A DNA stretch of 64,000 nt from Candidatus Limnocylindria bacterium. GTDB taxonomy: Bacteria > Chloroflexota > Limnocylindria > P2-11E. The notes beneath the pieces are model-generated. The model was given only the letters and a program-made list of their open reading frames with translations. It made no database searches and was not told the DNA's origin. Shown here piece after piece: positions 62,448-64,000 of this stretch. Position numbers and translations under genes: made by a program. Location: assembly GCA_046262615.1 (NCBI GenBank), contig JBHEML010000008.1:720-64719 (forward strand), in the 5' to 3' direction. Each line of letters begins with the position of its first letter. Within the stretch, counting starts at the first letter, position 1.

Positions 62448-62929
62448 CGGGCGGCGCTCGCCGCTCGAACGGCCACGCGCGTGACCGGCGAACCCATGAG
62501 CGCGGCGAAGAGCGGCGTTCGCACCGGGACCTCGGCCGCCAGGCGCGCTGTCGGGTAGTCGTAGCGGGCTCCCGTCAGGGGATCGGTCGCGGGAACGTCG
62601 CTGAAGATCCCGACGTCGGCAGACGCGGCGATCGTCTCCGGCGTCGAGCCGAGCATCGCGGCGATCGGGCGCAGATTGCGCGCGAAATAGTCGCGCGCGA
62701 CGTCGGCCGCATCGAGGCTCGGGCGCAAACGGCCGCTGCGCGCCAGCTCGGCGCCGTCCTGATCGTCGATCGCGACGAGGGTCGCGAGGTCCGCCGCCGA
62801 GCGGGCGCGCGCGGCCAGCACGCGCACCACCCCGAGTTCGGCGACCACGCCGAGCATCACGAGGAGGAGCGGCAACACGACGAGCGTCGTGAGGGCGATC
62901 GTGCCGCGCTCCGACCTGAGCGGCGTCAA
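62444..62929 (-). CDS. TadE/TadG-N-type pseudopilin-like protein
   Basis: C-terminal 161 aa of track ORF 62444..63205. TTG 62929 (TTGA overlap). N-terminus: RSERGTIALTTLVVLPLLLVMLGVVAELG. Confidence 0.6.
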   Translation of the reverse strand: MTPLRSERGTIALTTLVVLPLLLVMLGVVAELGVVRVLAARARSAADLATLVAIDDQDGAELARSGRLRPSLDAADVARDYFARNLRPIAAMLGSTPETIAASADVGIFSDVPATDPLTGARYDYPTARLAAEVPVRTPLFAALMGSPVTRVAVRAASAAR

Positions 62930-63327
62930 CGGTTGACCTCCCCGCGCGCGAAGGCGGTGGAGCGCAGCGGGAGCGAGCTCGAGAACACGAACGGGATAGC
63001 GAGCGGAAAGTCCGTGCGGACGGTGACGCGAATGGGCTGCCGCCACCCGACCTGCGACGGCTCCACTTCGACCGCAGCGCGTTCCGGATCGATGCCCGAC
63101 GACCGCAGCGCATCGGCGAGGAGCGACCGCACCTCGGGTGCGTCGCCTCCGAGTTCGGCGGCGTAGCGAGCCGCCTGCACCGTCGCCGAATCCTGGGCGA
63201 GCCAACGCTGTAGCGCATCGCCGAACTCGAGGATGCCGAAGAGCAGCGGCAGCAGCACGAGGATCATCAACGTCGTCTCGAGCGTCGCCATCCCCCGCTC
63301 GTCGTCCAGGCGATGGGCGAACTTCAA
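62926..63327 (-). CDS. TadE-like pseudopilin
   Basis: Part of track ORF 62926..63564. TTG 63327 overlaps the flp TGA. N-terminus: (M)KFAHRLDDERGMATLETTLMILVLLPLLFGILEFG. Confidence 0.65.
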   Translation of the reverse strand: MKFAHRLDDERGMATLETTLMILVLLPLLFGILEFGDALQRWLAQDSATVQAARYAAELGGDAPEVRSLLADALRSSGIDPERAAVEVEPSQVGWRQPIRVTVRTDFPLAIPFVFSSSLPLRSTAFARGEVNR

Positions 63328-63494
63328 TGCACGCTCTGGAGCTGCGCCGCCAGCGACTGGAGCCGGGCCACGAGCCCGTTGTTCCACGCGGAAACCCCGG
63401 CGACGAGCGTGCCCAGGATCACCGCCGCGCCCACGATGTACTCGAGCGTTGCCAGTCCCTCGGATCCGCCGAGCCGCGCCACGAACCCGCGCAT
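63324..63494 (-). CDS. flp: Flp/Fap-family prepilin (56 aa), not in the ORF track
   Basis: Hand translation: MRGFVARLGGSEG-LATLEYIVGAAVILGTLVAGVSAWNNGLVARLQSLAAQLQSVH*. G/xxxxEY processing motif. GGAGG lies 7 nt upstream of the ATG. Confidence 0.75.
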   Translation of the reverse strand: MRGFVARLGGSEGLATLEYIVGAAVILGTLVAGVSAWNNGLVARLQSLAAQLQSVH

Positions 63495-63539
63495 TGCGTA
63501 CCTCCAAAGCCTCGTGCGCCGCCCGATCGCTCACGACGC

Positions 63540-63555
63540 GGCACCTCGCGGTGCC
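63540..63555. promoter_or_regulatory. perfect palindrome GGCACC-TCGC-GGTGCC about 45 nt upstream of the flp ATG
   Basis: Read directly from the sequence. It could be an operator or a 5'-UTR hairpin. It resembles a -24 GGCAC / -12 TGC pair, but with 11-nt rather than 10-nt spacing. Confidence 0.3.
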
Positions 63556-63690
63556 TTGCGTCATTCGCTCGCGCCGGTGCCGGTGGGGCTTCGCAGCGCA
63601 CGGTCGCGTTTCGTGCGGCGAGGCTCAATGGGCGTCTGCGCCGGTACTGCCGTACCAGCCGGACCGGCGAGGGGTCACCGCAGCCCCGCG

Positions 63691-63745
63691 CCGGCTGCGC
63701 CGGGGTCGGCCGAGGTGGCAGCCCGCCCCGGCTGCGCCGCGGTCG
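63691..63745. promoter_or_regulatory. 18-bp direct repeat CCGGCTGCGCCG(G/C)GGTCG, two copies 37 bp apart, about 200-250 bp upstream of flp
   Basis: Copies at 63691..63708 and 63728..63745, 17 of 18 nt identical. Confidence 0.3.
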
Positions 63746-63851
63746 ACCCGGGAGCGCGCCGAGGCACGCGCGGGCGCGCTGAAAGACGCCGGCCCTGCAC
63801 CGCGTGGAGCGGCGAGCACCTTCCTGAACACCTGCCGGGATTGGCCGGGAG

Positions 63852-64000
63852 TTAGGCCAGCTCGATCCTTCCCGCGTCATGGAATATCTGCAACTGCCCC
63901 CGGCGCACGTAGCCGCAGAGGGCGATGTTCGCCTCCTGCGCGAGAGAGACGGCGAGCTCGGTGGGGCTCGTGCGCGATGCCGCGATCGACACGCCGAGCC
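63852..64000 (-). CDS. fdhD: formate dehydrogenase accessory sulfurtransferase FdhD, C-terminal fragment (5' part lies outside the window)
   Basis: Hand translation: ...LGVSIAASRTSPTELAVSLAQEANIALCGYVRRGQLQIFHDAGRIELA*. This matches the conserved FdhD C-terminus (saPTslAv.lA...giTLvGf.Rg.r...Y). Confidence 0.6.
   Translation of the reverse strand, partial: LGVSIAASRTSPTELAVSLAQEANIALCGYVRRGQLQIFHDAGRIELA

Noticed and set aside
63495-63851. Sigma-54 promoter, or a second flp or other small ORF, upstream of flp.
   Set aside because: The GGCAC...TGC candidates have 11-nt rather than 10-nt GG/GC spacing. The only ATG-initiated frame here is the alternate-frame 212-aa artefact ORF. No second G/xxxxEY peptide was found.
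1-64000. tRNA, rRNA, CRISPR arrays, IS elements, integrases, prophage or toxin-antitoxin modules.
   Set aside because: I found no T-loop/acceptor-like sequences, no regularly spaced repeats beyond the two-copy repeats listed, and no transposase- or integrase-like ORFs in any frame. A computational scan (tRNAscan-SE, Infernal, ISEScan) would be needed for certainty.

Overview
High-GC (about 70% by eye), gene-dense bacterial chromosomal segment with about 65 protein-coding genes, roughly two-thirds on the minus strand. I saw no rRNA, tRNA, CRISPR array, transposase or integrase. All calls come from hand reading of the six-frame track plus hand translation; no database search was run. Many long track ORFs are Arg/Pro/Ala-rich antisense or alternate-frame artefacts, and many true genes are the C-terminal parts of over-extended track ORFs. 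I re-set those starts using homology and stop/start overlaps.

Content from left to right:
- PEP/pyruvate-binding dikinase-family gene (runs off the left edge), PaaI thioesterase, and a membrane-anchored pseudo-receiver/LuxR/DUF5667-like regulator.
- serS.
- A GT4 / SAM-methyltransferase (in-frame TGA) / GH57 triad. It is translationally coupled to a class-I LysRS homologue that lacks the HIGH motif, and to greA.
- O-methyltransferase with an M16 peptidase pair.
- PBP2-type transpeptidase, ggt, and an adenylate cyclase-STAND ATPase-TPR protein.
- argC-J-B-R-G-H, with a good ARG box upstream of argC.
- ribD-E-BA-H, pxpABC, and an H+-pyrophosphatase.
- sigma-54, carrying an inserted Cys4 zinc ribbon, back-to-back with an orphan trio of degenerate complex-I/Mrp antiporter-like membrane proteins.
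- ndk with a third M16 peptidase.
- CAP-domain secreted protein, a divergent HemB-like gene, and a C39-like lipoprotein.
- Aminotransferase, 2-hydroxyacid dehydrogenase (with a 75-bp diverged duplicate of its 3' end), NUDIX hydrolase, and threonine aldolase.
- An orphan TadG-like protein, a DUF885 protein, and a YkgJ-type protein.
- A secretin-less Tad/Flp pilus operon. It includes a 56-aa flp gene that the track missed. It lies between fdhD (runs off the right edge) and a tatA(zinc-ribbon fusion)-mobB-mobA unit.

The most noteworthy items are the orphan antiporter-like trio, the unusual Tad operon with two unrecognised genes, the HIGH-less LysRS homologue embedded in a glycan operon, the TatA-zinc-ribbon fusion, the two leader terminators (greA, hppA), and the recurrent non-canonical start contexts (CTGACC, ATA).
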